Notes: generated from the letters alone by a model not told the origin. Counted from the whole stretch's first letter, positions 29,001-38,688 are shown. The stretch: 62,086 nt of DNA, filler included, from an uncultured Thermoplasmatales archaeon (GCA_964517155.1; 6 parts of 6 records of this genome joined end to end with filler, not necessarily neighbours in it), one strand, 5' to 3'. Numbers and translations are program-made.

Positions 29001-32000
29001 TTGCTCCACCAAAGCTTAAACATCTATTATTAGGGCCGCATAGGTTTGTAACAGTTAAACTTGGAATATTTACAGATGAGCCACCATTAGTTATTTTTAT
29101 GTTACCCTCACTTGCAGTAATTTCTCCTGAAAACGAGCCATAAAAGATTAAAGACAAGTATTCAACACTTATTTTGTCAGGTTTGTTAATATTTTGAATC
29201 GTGAGACTTAATGCACCATTTATCTTGATGTTGTTATTTAGATAAAAATATCCATAACCATTTAAAGTCAATGAGCCAATTGATAATAATGTAGAGTAAT
29301 CTTTTTTATCTATCCAATTAAAGTTATTAATTGTTAAGCTACCATCAGGACTTAATTCTATATAATCTCCAAAGTAAAACGAATTTTTAAGATAAGCAGT
29401 AATTGAAGCGACTGATATTGTTTTATTTGGTCCTGAAATATACATGTTTTGAACGATTAATGTATGTGTCCCACTGCCGCTAGTGCCTTGTAAAGATATT
29501 TTACCTTCACCTAAATAAAAATTAATTGTTGGACCAGTATTTCCAATAAAATTAATATGATCAATGTTGCCTGAATAATTTACAAAGGCAAATGTTAAAA
29601 AATCAATATCAACAGTTCTAGAACCACTGCCAGTACCATATACCTCTATGTAATCACTAATTATTATATGTCCATTTGGACCAAGATTACCAGAAACCTT
29701 GGCATAATCAAGATCAACAAATATTTTCTGAACATTATCTTCTTTGTATATAACATAAAAATCAAGTATTTCCAAAAATGCATAGCCGTTCACATTAACA
29801 TTTATTTTAAATTTGTTCTGTAAAGTAAAATCAGCTCGAAGATTTAAATTACCATCAAGTATTATATCTCCTTGTACTGTTATTTCTTTGACTTTATCAT
29901 CATCGTCATCTCCATCACCGCCACCGTTATCACCATTTTCTTTGCCCCCAATTGGTATTTCTATATAATCAACACTTGCGCCTAAAGAAAGGCTTAAAGA
30001 GGGGATATGTGCAGTTATGTAAACAGTGTTTCCATTACTTTTATACCAGTACATATGGCCTGCTGTTATAAAACATGAAAAACCAGCTGAGCCGCCACCA
30101 CTTAAATGCATTTTTTCATCTTGAATTTTAAGTGTTGCTGAGACGCTTGCGCCAAGTGTGAACCCGATAGCCTTTGCCTCAAATTTAAATGTATTACCTT
30201 TCTCCAATATCATATTGCTAATAGTAAGCCCAAGGCCTCCACTAACAGTTAACTCAGCGTAATTATCAAAATTGGTACTAATGTAGAAGGTACCTCCAGC
30301 ATTTGCATTAATAACACCGGTGAATGTGAGGTTTTTACCATTAGCCGAAACATAGCAACTTGTTAAAGTTGCGCTGCTGATAGTTCCACTAATTGCTAAA
30401 TTTCCTCCTAAAGTAAAACTACCACCAATAAAAGGAATGTCAATGTATAAAAGTACACCTGAAGCAATCAACTGACCGTTATTTAAGTTAACATAAAAAT
30501 TTGTTATACTTAATGTTCCGCCACCATATGCCACAACTTCTAAAGTTTTAAAAGCAGGATCGGTTTTTATATAAATTGATCCTGTAGCATTTAAGTTAAG
30601 TGTTCCACTAATAGTCATTTCTTTACTGCTAAAATATCCATGAAGATAAGATACATCAAATTTAGTTATAGTTGCATCTAATATAATGTCATCTCCAATG
30701 ATAATACTACCATATCCAGATAACTCCGCATAGTTCCAAGAGATAACTACCTCATTGTTCAGATTTAAATAAAAGTTTGTAATTATAAGGCTTCCACTTA
30801 ATGAAAGAGCCAATTCTAAAGGTTTAAAATCATGATCGATTTTTATATATACTTCTGCAGAGGATATAAGATTTAAATCCCCACTTAAACTAACAGTTTT
30901 ACCGTATGCTTCAATATGTAAATTTTGAATAACCAAATTTTCTATCTCTGAATCTATTATTATGTCTTCTCCAATATTTATATGTCCATTTCCTGAAAAG
31001 TTTATTTTTTCAATAGACAGATAAAACATATCTTCAATTTCAAATAACAAATCCTCAATATTCAAATATCTAACAGCATCTCTGGTTAAATTACCATATA
31101 ATAAAACCGAGGGTGTATCTTCTGTGAAATTCCATTCGATGTATGCTTCACCTTGGATTTCTTTATAATTATCAGCATAAAAAGAACCTTGCAATGTTAC
31201 GTTTTTCAAATTATTTATACTGATTTGTCCACTTATGCTTCCAATTTTTATACTTCCGTTAAAAACAAGATTTCCTGTCTGGGCTTGGTTGTCTAATATA
31301 AGGCATCCTCCCCCATTCATGCTGACAAAGTTGAAATAAAATGTTATTTTGTTTTCAGGATTTACAGTAGGATCTCTTATTTCCAAGAAAAAATTTATTA
31401 GTTTTGTTTCTGCTGCAGTATCTGAATTAAAACTGCTGATATTTATCTTAAAAAACCCTGTTGTTAAATTCCACCAGATATGTAGTACCGTTTTATCTAG
31501 ATATACAGCCCCATTCAATATTACTAAAGTATCATTTATATTTAATGTTGTATTTATTTGCAAATAACCATTTCCCATTATCATGATATGTCCTGATTCA
31601 GGCAATATCGTAGCATCATCTTCTCCAGGGGTTGGTGTTGCTGATGCAGGGTTTGATTTTTCTCCTTCGTTATCTGATGTATCAACTGCAGATACTTGAT
31701 AACTGTAGCTTTGGTCATTTTTTAATCCTGAGTCTAAATATTCTAGGGTGTTTACTTGGGTAAGATATGTGTTGTCCCGGTATATTTTATAAAAATCTAT
31801 TGCTACGTTGTCGCTGGCAGGATCCCATGAAAGATAGATTTTTCCATCATATGCATTTGTGGCGGTAAGGCCTGTTACTTTACTAGGATTAACATTATCC
31901 TCTTCATGTATTGTTGTGAAACTAAAAATATCTGAGGTGTTCGTGCCACCGTTTTTATCATCTGCCACTGCATACCAACTATAACTTGTGTCGTGGCTAA

Positions 32001-33126
32001 GGCCGGGCCAGGTTACAGATGCACGTGTTCCACTTCCAACGTTTAGAGCAGTACCAATAATACTGTTATCACTTGCATTTTTAAATGAGATATCCATATC
32101 ATCTCCGTCAGTATCTTGAACATATACACTTAAAACCGGATTTAAGATGATGTCTGCTGAGTTATGCTCAGGTATAGGATTCATAGGTTTTTCAGGTGAG
32201 CTATTTGTTATAATACTAGAGGTTGGTATACCGCATCTTTCATCTGATTTTTCCCCTTCATTTGCACTTGTATCCACTGCACTTATCTCATAGCAATATT
32301 CTTGATTATTGTTAAGATCTGTATCTTGATATGTGGTTGATTCTTCTGTATTTAGGAGTGATCCATCTCTATATATATTGTAAAAATCTACTGCAACATT
32401 ATCTGTTGCCAGATTCCATTCAAGATTTAATTTTCCATCTTTTGCATCAGTAACAATAGGTCCTGTTACTTTACTAGGATTAACATCATCTATTCCTTCT
32501 GTTGGTGTTGCTGATGCTGGGTTTGATTTTTCTCCTTTGTTATCTGATGTATCAACAGCAGATATTTGATAGCTGTAGATTTGATCATTGTTTAACCCTG
32601 AATCTAAATAATCTAGGGTGTTTACTTGGGTAAGATATGTGTTATCTCGATAGATTCTATAAAAAGCAATTCCAACATTGTCTGTTGCTGGATTCCATGA
32701 TAAATATATTTTTCCGTTATAAGCATTTACAGCTGTTAAATTTGTTACTTGAGTGGGATTAATATTATCAACTTTTAGAAACTCTAACAATCTGGCAAAA
32801 AAAGTAATGTTATAAAGGAAAGGAAACGCATCTAAAAATGTTTTTAATATTTGATAAAACAATTCTTTTGTTGAATTGGCTATAGACCAAACTTTTTTAT
32901 TATTTATATTGATTTTTTTTGTATTTTCAAATTCTTTATTTTGATTTTCATCAGTTTGTGGCATGTCGCTTTTAGCATTTTCTATTTCTATTTTATTTGG
33001 TTTGACATCATTTATTTCTGTGGCAATTGATGAAGGGATATAAGTTAATAAAATAGCTATGGTTATTAATAAGCAGACAGCGCTTTTTTTAAATTTATTA
33101 TTGGAGTTTTTACGAATTTTTGACAT
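26089..33126 (-). CDS. Giant secreted surface protein (FN3 repeats, long beta-rich region, PKD, carboxypeptidase-regulatory-like domain)
   Basis: Signal peptide, W..ATDNV...YRIYRD...YQISAVD FN3 units, GATVSADG..T...GGY module, PKD modules. Confidence 0.8.
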   Translation of the reverse strand: MSKIRKNSNNKFKKSAVCLLITIAILLTYIPSSIATEINDVKPNKIEIENAKSDMPQTDENQNKEFENTKKININNKKVWSIANSTKELFYQILKTFLDAFPFLYNITFFARLLEFLKVDNINPTQVTNLTAVNAYNGKIYLSWNPATDNVGIAFYRIYRDNTYLTQVNTLDYLDSGLNNDQIYSYQISAVDTSDNKGEKSNPASATPTEGIDDVNPSKVTGPIVTDAKDGKLNLEWNLATDNVAVDFYNIYRDGSLLNTEESTTYQDTDLNNNQEYCYEISAVDTSANEGEKSDERCGIPTSSIITNSSPEKPMNPIPEHNSADIILNPVLSVYVQDTDGDDMDISFKNASDNSIIGTALNVGSGTRASVTWPGLSHDTSYSWYAVADDKNGGTNTSDIFSFTTIHEEDNVNPSKVTGLTATNAYDGKIYLSWDPASDNVAIDFYKIYRDNTYLTQVNTLEYLDSGLKNDQSYSYQVSAVDTSDNEGEKSNPASATPTPGEDDATILPESGHIMIMGNGYLQINTTLNINDTLVILNGAVYLDKTVLHIWWNLTTGFFKINISSFNSDTAAETKLINFFLEIRDPTVNPENKITFYFNFVSMNGGGCLILDNQAQTGNLVFNGSIKIGSISGQISINNLKNVTLQGSFYADNYKEIQGEAYIEWNFTEDTPSVLLYGNLTRDAVRYLNIEDLLFEIEDMFYLSIEKINFSGNGHINIGEDIIIDSEIENLVIQNLHIEAYGKTVSLSGDLNLISSAEVYIKIDHDFKPLELALSLSGSLIITNFYLNLNNEVVISWNYAELSGYGSIIIGDDIILDATITKFDVSYLHGYFSSKEMTISGTLNLNATGSIYIKTDPAFKTLEVVAYGGGTLSITNFYVNLNNGQLIASGVLLYIDIPFIGGSFTLGGNLAISGTISSATLTSCYVSANGKNLTFTGVINANAGGTFYISTNFDNYAELTVSGGLGLTISNMILEKGNTFKFEAKAIGFTLGASVSATLKIQDEKMHLSGGGSAGFSCFITAGHMYWYKSNGNTVYITAHIPSLSLSLGASVDYIEIPIGGKENGDNGGGDGDDDDDKVKEITVQGDIILDGNLNLRADFTLQNKFKINVNVNGYAFLEILDFYVIYKEDNVQKIFVDLDYAKVSGNLGPNGHIIISDYIEVYGTGSGSRTVDIDFLTFAFVNYSGNIDHINFIGNTGPTINFYLGEGKISLQGTSGSGTHTLIVQNMYISGPNKTISVASITAYLKNSFYFGDYIELSPDGSLTINNFNWIDKKDYSTLLSIGSLTLNGYGYFYLNNNIKINGALSLTIQNINKPDKISVEYLSLIFYGSFSGEITASEGNIKITNGGSSVNIPSLTVTNLCGPNNRCLSFGGAITFSSSDGVIEIGRLNDNTVEVKYQGKAQLSLTNCYIKYNGPWIQIGPFNWDQLSLVTSTGSGTVICSLKILEDGSVELSGTGTDLHLENLRWTGKIKRIDLDFEGTINFVVNKDTKTVLLSATISFDINVEIEGWLVQKIKTKSGNFEGSILIDVSSGFSKTKMIVDCISLSVISEIEIYKTLVEKIKLTTLTVSNTLVTINVSDSSFSFDGDIHIASMIYRDNVGIDRITVTNIDVNGDIYVKKIGEKHFYLNSEDGFSFYASTSTIKFFEIEFTLDLEIQGDLEVWLREIQPEYNHHRIDVYIDNSVDLDLGIIINNYEVYLDADINNGGYLSIDWTLEGDCDGFIAIDSSYLSGNINLEAYYNGYGIKSLTFDYIDADGFSVQWDPLNLGGTLIPYNWFIMGSITAGSADVNFFDGNNWYNIYPNCIQTPTAVAGGPYSGTKGSPINFDFSQSSAPAGKTINKMRVDWDGDGNWDTGTIVNNYWVDWNPNLSYTYNTIGTYNMKLQVRDNHLQTSNIATAAITVNQGINQPCQIQNGYVTPNSGNTDTLFKYQINYYDPDGDLPEKKLVYIYDVTSGAFHEMSVKPGSETWSNGYSAIYEYQTTLSAGELYEHGYYFLFNDDVSNHSDQQFPQGGTLTGPTVNPSTATITGIVYKQGGGRLSGATVSADGKSTTTGILGGYELVISPGTHVVTASKSGYNSQSQTVTIIAGQTINNVDFTLSPQGNPPNTPEQPSGPSTGNVGTSYEFNTRATDPDGDNIRYGWDWNGDNIVDEWTDYWSSGTRVWKSHTWYSAGTYNIKVKAEDSNGYQSPFSPVKTIIISSTPNPEWVTPNGHYPSSGWNRGADARDNDISTSAESVKFLNNQNGWTDWLELTITPSIQCSKIRYWAMYSSTYIPTIRIEVYYDGAYHYVYEGAFTNQNWQEKTLSGGAHTVSKARIKFWVNGEWNWGNGITAELFEFQFWKVN

Positions 33127-33311
33127 TTTAACTCCCCCAATTTTTTATATTTATTTTAAGACTTTTTAATTATATATATAAATATATTTACCATACTATA
33201 TAATACTTTCTTTAATTATATGTTGCTATGAAAAATATTTCAGAAAACATTCCACAAAAAATGATTATATTAATAACATAGTTTTTGTTTACGAATACTT
33301 GGTTTTTACAT

Positions 33312-34031
33312 ATGCAAGATACAATAATTATACTAGATGGTTTACGTTTACTTGTCGGAGCAATAATATTGTTATATGCATCATATACTGATAGTAAGAC
33401 TAGAAGAGCATCAAATCTAAACTGGCTTGTAATGGGCGGGATAGGAGCAATATTGTTAGTAATCCACTATCTGATAGTTGGCTTTGAGAATCTATGGGTG
33501 CTTATTTTTATACCAATAATGATAGGACTTGTATATCTTTTATTTCAAATGCGTTTACTTTTTGGAGGTGCAGATGCAAAAGCAATAATGGCGATAGCAA
33601 TACTTTTGCCTGTTCAGCCTTCTATGAATCAATTGCCGTTATGGGGGCAATCATATATGCCGGCATCCTGGATTGTTTTTTCAAATTCACTTATAATATT
33701 TTTGTTTATACCTATAGCATTACTAATTTATAACATCTTAAAAAGAAGCATAAAACTTCCGCATGCGCTTTTAGGATACAAAATGAAACTGGAAGATGCT
33801 CGAAAAAAATTTGTGTGGCCTTTGGAAAAAATACAAGATGGAAAAACAAAACTAATGATTAGGCCAAAAGAATTTGATTCGGAAGAAGAATTCAAAGAAT
33901 TTGAAAAACATAAAATTACAGAGATATGGGTCACACCAAAAATACCATTTATGATACCGCTGCTTATAGGTTTTATATGCACATTTATTTTTGGAGATAT
34001 ACTTTTTGCAATAATGAACATAGTTATCTAA
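33312..34031 (+). CDS. flaK: Prearchaellin/prepilin peptidase (A24, FlaK/PibD-type)
   Basis: YTDSKTRR and GGADAK catalytic aspartates; WVTPKIPFMIPL archaeal C-terminal domain. Confidence 0.88.
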   Translation: MQDTIIILDGLRLLVGAIILLYASYTDSKTRRASNLNWLVMGGIGAILLVIHYLIVGFENLWVLIFIPIMIGLVYLLFQMRLLFGGADAKAIMAIAILLPVQPSMNQLPLWGQSYMPASWIVFSNSLIIFLFIPIALLIYNILKRSIKLPHALLGYKMKLEDARKKFVWPLEKIQDGKTKLMIRPKEFDSEEEFKEFEKHKITEIWVTPKIPFMIPLLIGFICTFIFGDILFAIMNIVI

Positions 34032-34079
34032 AAAAACAAATACTAGTTTTTATTTAACGAATAAAATCCTGAGGTGTTT

Positions 34080-35177
34080 ATGACTAAAAAAGACTACTAT
34101 GAAATACTAGGTGTAGACAAAAATGCGTCTAAAACAGACATTAAAAAAGCATACAGAAAACTTGCACTTAAATATCATCCTGATAAAAACCCAAATAAGG
34201 ATGCAGAAGAAAAATTCAAAGAGATATCTGAAGCATACGCAGTATTATATGATGATGAAAAAAAGAAACTTTATGATATGTATGGTCATGCAGGAATAAA
34301 TCAGCAATTTAGCCAGGAAGATATCTTTAGAGGTGCAGATTTTGGAGATATCTTTAGTGGTTTTGATTTTAATATAAATGATATATTTGAAAGGTTTTTT
34401 GGGCATGGAATGGGTGGTTTTAATCAGAGAGGATATACAAATAGACGAGGCTCTGATTTAAGATATGATGTAGAAATAAGCCTTGAGCAAGCGTATCAAG
34501 GTTTAGAAACAATAATACGTGTACCGCGAACAGAGCCCTGTGAAAACTGCAATGGTTCTGGTGCAAAACCAGGGACCAGTAAAAAAACATGTCCTCAATG
34601 CAACGGCACAGGGCAAATAAGGCAGTCTAGAAGAACTGCTTTTGGAATGTTTACGCAAGTAGCTGTATGCAACCGCTGTCATGGGCAGGGAGTCGTAATA
34701 GATACACCATGTCCAGAATGCAGAGGTAAAGGACTTGTTCAAAAAACGCGTAGTATAGAGCTAAAAATACCTTCAGGTGTAGATGACGGCTCACAGTTAA
34801 GATTAGCAGGTGAAGGAGAAGCAGCAGCAGGTGGCGTGGGAGATTTATATATAGTTATTCATGTAAAGAAACATCAGCATTTTAAAAGACGAGGTTTAGA
34901 CTTATATAAAGTTGAAAATATAAGTTTTGTAGATGCTTCACTAGGTGCAAAAATAAACGTTGAGACACTTTTGGGAAAAACTGAAACATTAAAAATACCT
35001 GAGGGGACGCAAAACGGCGAAATATTTAAAATAAAAAATGCAGGTATGCCAAATTTGCATGGACGTGGTGTAGGGGATTTGTATGTTGAAGTAAGTGTAC
35101 AAATTCCGAGGAATTTATCTAGAAATGCAAAAAAACTTTTAGAAGAGTTAAAAGACGAAATTGAAAATAGGTCATAG
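34080..35177 (+). CDS. dnaJ: Chaperone DnaJ
   Basis: HPD J-domain, G/F-rich region, four CxxCxGxG repeats. Confidence 0.97.
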   Translation: MTKKDYYEILGVDKNASKTDIKKAYRKLALKYHPDKNPNKDAEEKFKEISEAYAVLYDDEKKKLYDMYGHAGINQQFSQEDIFRGADFGDIFSGFDFNINDIFERFFGHGMGGFNQRGYTNRRGSDLRYDVEISLEQAYQGLETIIRVPRTEPCENCNGSGAKPGTSKKTCPQCNGTGQIRQSRRTAFGMFTQVAVCNRCHGQGVVIDTPCPECRGKGLVQKTRSIELKIPSGVDDGSQLRLAGEGEAAAGGVGDLYIVIHVKKHQHFKRRGLDLYKVENISFVDASLGAKINVETLLGKTETLKIPEGTQNGEIFKIKNAGMPNLHGRGVGDLYVEVSVQIPRNLSRNAKKLLEELKDEIENRS

Positions 35178-35246
35178 AAACTATTAAATACTATACTGTA
35201 TACAAAATAAAGATACAAAAAAACTAGATAATGGAGGTATAAACTT

Positions 35247-35819
35247 ATGGATGAATATGATGAAAACAGCAACCGGAGGCGAAGGAGAAGAAACCCATTT
35301 GACGCATTCGGCTTTGATGAAGATTTTATAAGTGATCTATTAAATGATGATAAAATAATGGATGATATAAGAAGAATGACTGAAGAAATGATGAAAATGT
35401 TTACAAATGCACAGCCTGGTAAATCAGTAGTACATGGTTTTAAGATAAACATAGGTCCAGATGGAAAACCAAGGATTGAGGATTTTGGAAATAAAAGAAC
35501 ACACTCTCCAACAGGCGAAGCTGTAATTTCTGATGAGCGAGAGCCTTTAACTGATATTATTGAAGGAGATGAAGACGTGGCAATAACAGTTGAGATACCT
35601 GGTGTTGAAAAAGAGGATATAGCTTTAGATGTAACAAGGGATAATATAGAAATAAAAGTAGATACGCCAAACAGGAAATATCATAAAAATCTAAATCTGC
35701 CCTGTGATGTAATACCAAAAACAACTAAGGCTACATATAAAAATGGAATACTTGATATAGTACTTAAAAGAAAAGAAAAAAAGAAAGCTGGTGAAGGATA
35801 CCACGTAAATATCGAATAA
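35247..35819 (+). CDS. hsp20: Small heat shock protein Hsp20 (archaeal type)
   Basis: GFKINIGPDGKP..EREPL.D...EIPGVEKEDI...ATYKNGILDI. Confidence 0.92.
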   Translation: MDEYDENSNRRRRRRNPFDAFGFDEDFISDLLNDDKIMDDIRRMTEEMMKMFTNAQPGKSVVHGFKINIGPDGKPRIEDFGNKRTHSPTGEAVISDEREPLTDIIEGDEDVAITVEIPGVEKEDIALDVTRDNIEIKVDTPNRKYHKNLNLPCDVIPKTTKATYKNGILDIVLKRKEKKKAGEGYHVNIE

Positions 35820-35848
35820 ATATTTCTTTATTTTTTTTTATTTAAAAT

Positions 35849-36334
35849 TTATTTAACTAAAGAGCCAAATGTTTTTTTCAAAATGTTTTTTGCTTCGTTA
35901 TGCGCAATACTTGTAAATCTAAATGATGTTTTTCCGTTACTCCATTTGATTACAATTTCATTTGGAGTGCTTCGTCCATCTTCATAGATCGTGCCAAATT
36001 TTACCTTAATTTTTTTTGTATCATTTATAGATATGCTATAGTTCCCAGGGTTTTCATTTAGTATATTTTGTATAGGCATATCATAATATTTGTTATACAA
36101 ATTAAGACCTGAGGTCATTGTTTTAGCCATTCTTTTAAAAACGCCTTCTCCTTGTTCTTTTGATTCTTCGGTTGCTTTTTTTGCTGCATCTTTTAGCATA
36201 TCTTTTGTAAGTTCTGCAACTATCATTCTGTAGTTTGTAACAATTAAGTTATATGCTTTTTGACCTAAAAAACCGCTGTTTACATTTGGTATAATCCCAA
36301 TAATTTGTTCATCAGTCATATATTTTTTCTCCAA
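35849..36334 (-). CDS. Hypothetical protein (possible PH-like fold); start may be ATG 36319
   Basis: YNLIVTNYRMIVA motif; intact ORF. Confidence 0.6.
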   Translation of the reverse strand: MEKKYMTDEQIIGIIPNVNSGFLGQKAYNLIVTNYRMIVAELTKDMLKDAAKKATEESKEQGEGVFKRMAKTMTSGLNLYNKYYDMPIQNILNENPGNYSISINDTKKIKVKFGTIYEDGRSTPNEIVIKWSNGKTSFRFTSIAHNEAKNILKKTFGSLVK

Positions 36335-36414
36335 TTTTATTTTTGTAGCTTAAAGTATAATAAAAGGATTTTCATTAAATTTTCGTTTTTAGATATGATA
36401 TATTACTAATTATG

Positions 36415-36462
36415 TGGGTCTGACTAATTAGTCAGGATTTTATGACCAACGAGTCAGACCCA
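36415..36462. promoter_or_regulatory. Double palindromic operator TGAC-N6-GTCA in a divergent intergenic region
   Basis: TGACTAATTAGTCA 36421-36434 and TGACCAACGAGTCA 36443-36456, enclosed by the 11-bp inverted repeat TGGGTCTGACT/AGTCAGACCCA. Confidence 0.6.
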
Positions 36463-36605
36463 TTATGTAATTAATTATTAAATGGAAAAATTTATATATT
36501 AAATTAATTATAATATTTTATATAAACGTGGTAACAATTGTAAAACAAAGTTTATAAGCAATTATAACAAAAACACTGTTTAAAACAAAAAAGGAGTAAA
36601 AAAAT

Positions 36606-37001
36606 ATGAAAAGCAAAAAAATATTCGCAGGTTTGGCATTAGCTGTTCTATTGCTTGCAATACCACAAGCATTAGCTACCGCCCAAGCAACAGAATATTC
36701 TGGAACCTATGTGACTATTAATCCCGGAATTTCTGGTGGCCTAGAATTCACGGTAACTGATGACAAGCTAGTTGGAACAATTGAGGTCAGAGGTGTAGAA
36801 TACCCTATAGATCTTGATTTGAAATGTCAGCGCGGGGATCTTAATTGGTATGTTGGTACATTGACAAGAGCTGGAAGAAATTACGAAATTCGTATGCTCT
36901 GCAAGATAATCGATGGAAACCCTATGATAACTGGAACTTTTGGATGCCCTGAATTAAGATTTGGGGGGTTCTTTCAAGTGTCCTTAGTACCATCTCAATA
37001 G
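36606..37001 (+). CDS. Secreted hypothetical beta-rich protein
   Basis: Signal peptide ending ALA, AGGAG RBS, upstream TTTATAA box. Confidence 0.75.
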   Translation: MKSKKIFAGLALAVLLLAIPQALATAQATEYSGTYVTINPGISGGLEFTVTDDKLVGTIEVRGVEYPIDLDLKCQRGDLNWYVGTLTRAGRNYEIRMLCKIIDGNPMITGTFGCPELRFGGFFQVSLVPSQ

Positions 37002-37101
37002 ACTCTGTAGTTGCGATAGATAAAAAAACTGTAAATAAACCCTAAAAATCTATCAACTATCTTTTTTTATTTTTTTTCTTTAACTTATAACTGATAATCT
37101 T

Positions 37102-37581
37102 TTATTTTTTAGCAGATCTTCTATCCAATTTATTAATTTCTCTATCAGTTAAAACAGCCTTGTTTGCCAGTTTCATCATAAGATATTCATTATGCTTGGA
37201 TAAATAATTGTTTTTTTCATTTATACTCTCGATTAATTTTCCTTGTTTTATTATTTCTTCTTCATATTTTTTCATTTTATTTAAAAAAATATCAATTTCC
37301 TTGGTTTTATTTTCTATTATTTCTTCTAGAGATTTTGGTATTTTATTTGAAATATTTTTTATCTCTTCAGAGATGATATTTTGATTTTCTTTTTTTACTT
37401 CTTTTAAAATATTTTCTTTAAAGCTATCTAAATCCTTAAGTTTTTTAATTAACTCCTTTAAACCGCCTATGTTTTGTTCAAGTAATTCAATTTTTGATTT
37501 TTCTAAAGAAAACATTTGATCAATTTTATTGAATTTATCATTTAACTCAGATATTTTAAGCTGAATATATCCTTCTTTCAT
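37102..37581 (-). CDS. Coiled-coil hypothetical protein
   Basis: Heptad-rich 159-aa ORF after GAGGG RBS. Confidence 0.7.
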   Translation of the reverse strand: MKEGYIQLKISELNDKFNKIDQMFSLEKSKIELLEQNIGGLKELIKKLKDLDSFKENILKEVKKENQNIISEEIKNISNKIPKSLEEIIENKTKEIDIFLNKMKKYEEEIIKQGKLIESINEKNNYLSKHNEYLMMKLANKAVLTDREINKLDRRSAKK

Positions 37582-37650
37582 TCTTTATCCCTCAAATTAT
37601 TATCTTAAAAACAGTTATTACTTTATAATTTTATTTCTTAGTAAAAAACA

Positions 37651-37673
37651 TTGGTTTAGCCGGATTTTAACCG
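37651..37673 (-). repeat. Degenerate duplicate of the tRNA-Val 3' end (att-like site)
   Basis: TTGGTTTAGCCGGATTTTAACCG matches 38474-38496 at 20 of 23 positions. Confidence 0.7.
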
Positions 37674-37720
37674 CAGATGTCCCTTTTATAAAGTCGTTTT
37701 TATAAAGACTGGAAAAAATT

Positions 37721-38166
37721 TTATAACTTACTTAATACAAACTTTTGTTTATCTTTTGGCTGTCCCATCCTAAAATGAACATCGAATTCTCTAAAAATAG
37801 TTTCACGTCCTAATGCAGGGATAGCAGGGCGTCCATATATTTTAGTTATTTGAACCGGTATTTCTTTTTCAAATTCATTTCGACTCCCCATCCCAAATTT
37901 TATCTTTATTTTTTCATCAATAACCGAGTATGACCTGTAACGCCATATACATCATCATCTGCTGCTTTATTGGTATTAATTCCTAAACTATCTGCAACAT
38001 CCTTTGAAAGAAGAGTTAAATCAGCACCGGAATCTAAAAGCATAGTATATATTATAGAATCATTATTTTTGTATCGAAGTTCTACAGGTATAATTGGGCG
38101 CAGAATTGTTTTTCCTTTTACAATATATTTGGTAAAATTATATGATAAATTATACGTATATGTCAT
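37721..38166 (-). pseudogene. Retropepsin-like aspartyl protease, frameshifted
   Basis: RPIIPV..LLDSGADLTLL in one frame; IPVQI..PALGRETIFREFDVHF in another; shift near 37925. Confidence 0.8.
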
Positions 38167-38182
38167 TTTAATCACATGTATT

Positions 38183-38383
38183 TTATACCGATATATAGCC
38201 TTCAATAGGAACTTTAATTAAAAATGGGGTTTCTTTTATCTGCTTTTTTGCTTTTTTTGCAACTTCATGAGCGTATTCCCCACTACTAATAATTTTTTTA
38301 TTAAAAACAGCAATCCATTGACCGCTAAATTGCTTTAAGTTTTGGTTACTAATCCATTCATATTCAGCATTAATATTTTCCAT
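38183..38383 (-). CDS. DUF5678-like small protein
   Basis: LKQFSGQWIAVFNKKIISSG...EV.KKA...PFLIKVP pattern; AGGAG RBS. Confidence 0.75.
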   Translation of the reverse strand: MENINAEYEWISNQNLKQFSGQWIAVFNKKIISSGEYAHEVAKKAKKQIKETPFLIKVPIEGYISV

Positions 38384-38473
38384 AGTTATTCTCCTATAAT
38401 AAGAAGATAAGATAATATAAAAAGCTTTTGCCCTTCAATTTTAATTAAATTATTTTATAATATTTTTTATAGA

Positions 38474-38546
38474 TGGGCTTAGCCGGATTTGAACCGGCGA
38501 CCTCCGCCGTGTGAAGGCGACGTCATAACCACTAGACCATAAGCCC
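38474..38546 (-). tRNA. tRNA-Val(CAC)
   Basis: Acceptor GGGCTTA/TAAGCCC, anticodon arm TCGCC-TTCACAC-GGCGG, T arm GCCGG-TTCAAAT-CCGGC. Confidence 0.95.
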
Positions 38547-38688
38547 GTATCTTCCCTTGAATAATTTATCTTTGTTAAATTCTTTTCTAAAACAAACGTA
38601 TTTCCCCATATTTTTAAGAAAAGATTTATCAATAAAGAACGATTAACATATATCTGTAAAAATAAAAATTTGGGGGATTATTAACTTT

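Noticed and set aside
34874..35452. 192-aa antisense ORF over dnaJ/hsp20 and similar antisense ORFs elsewhere
   Set aside because: Opposite well-supported genes, Phe/Ser/Leu-rich, no motifs.
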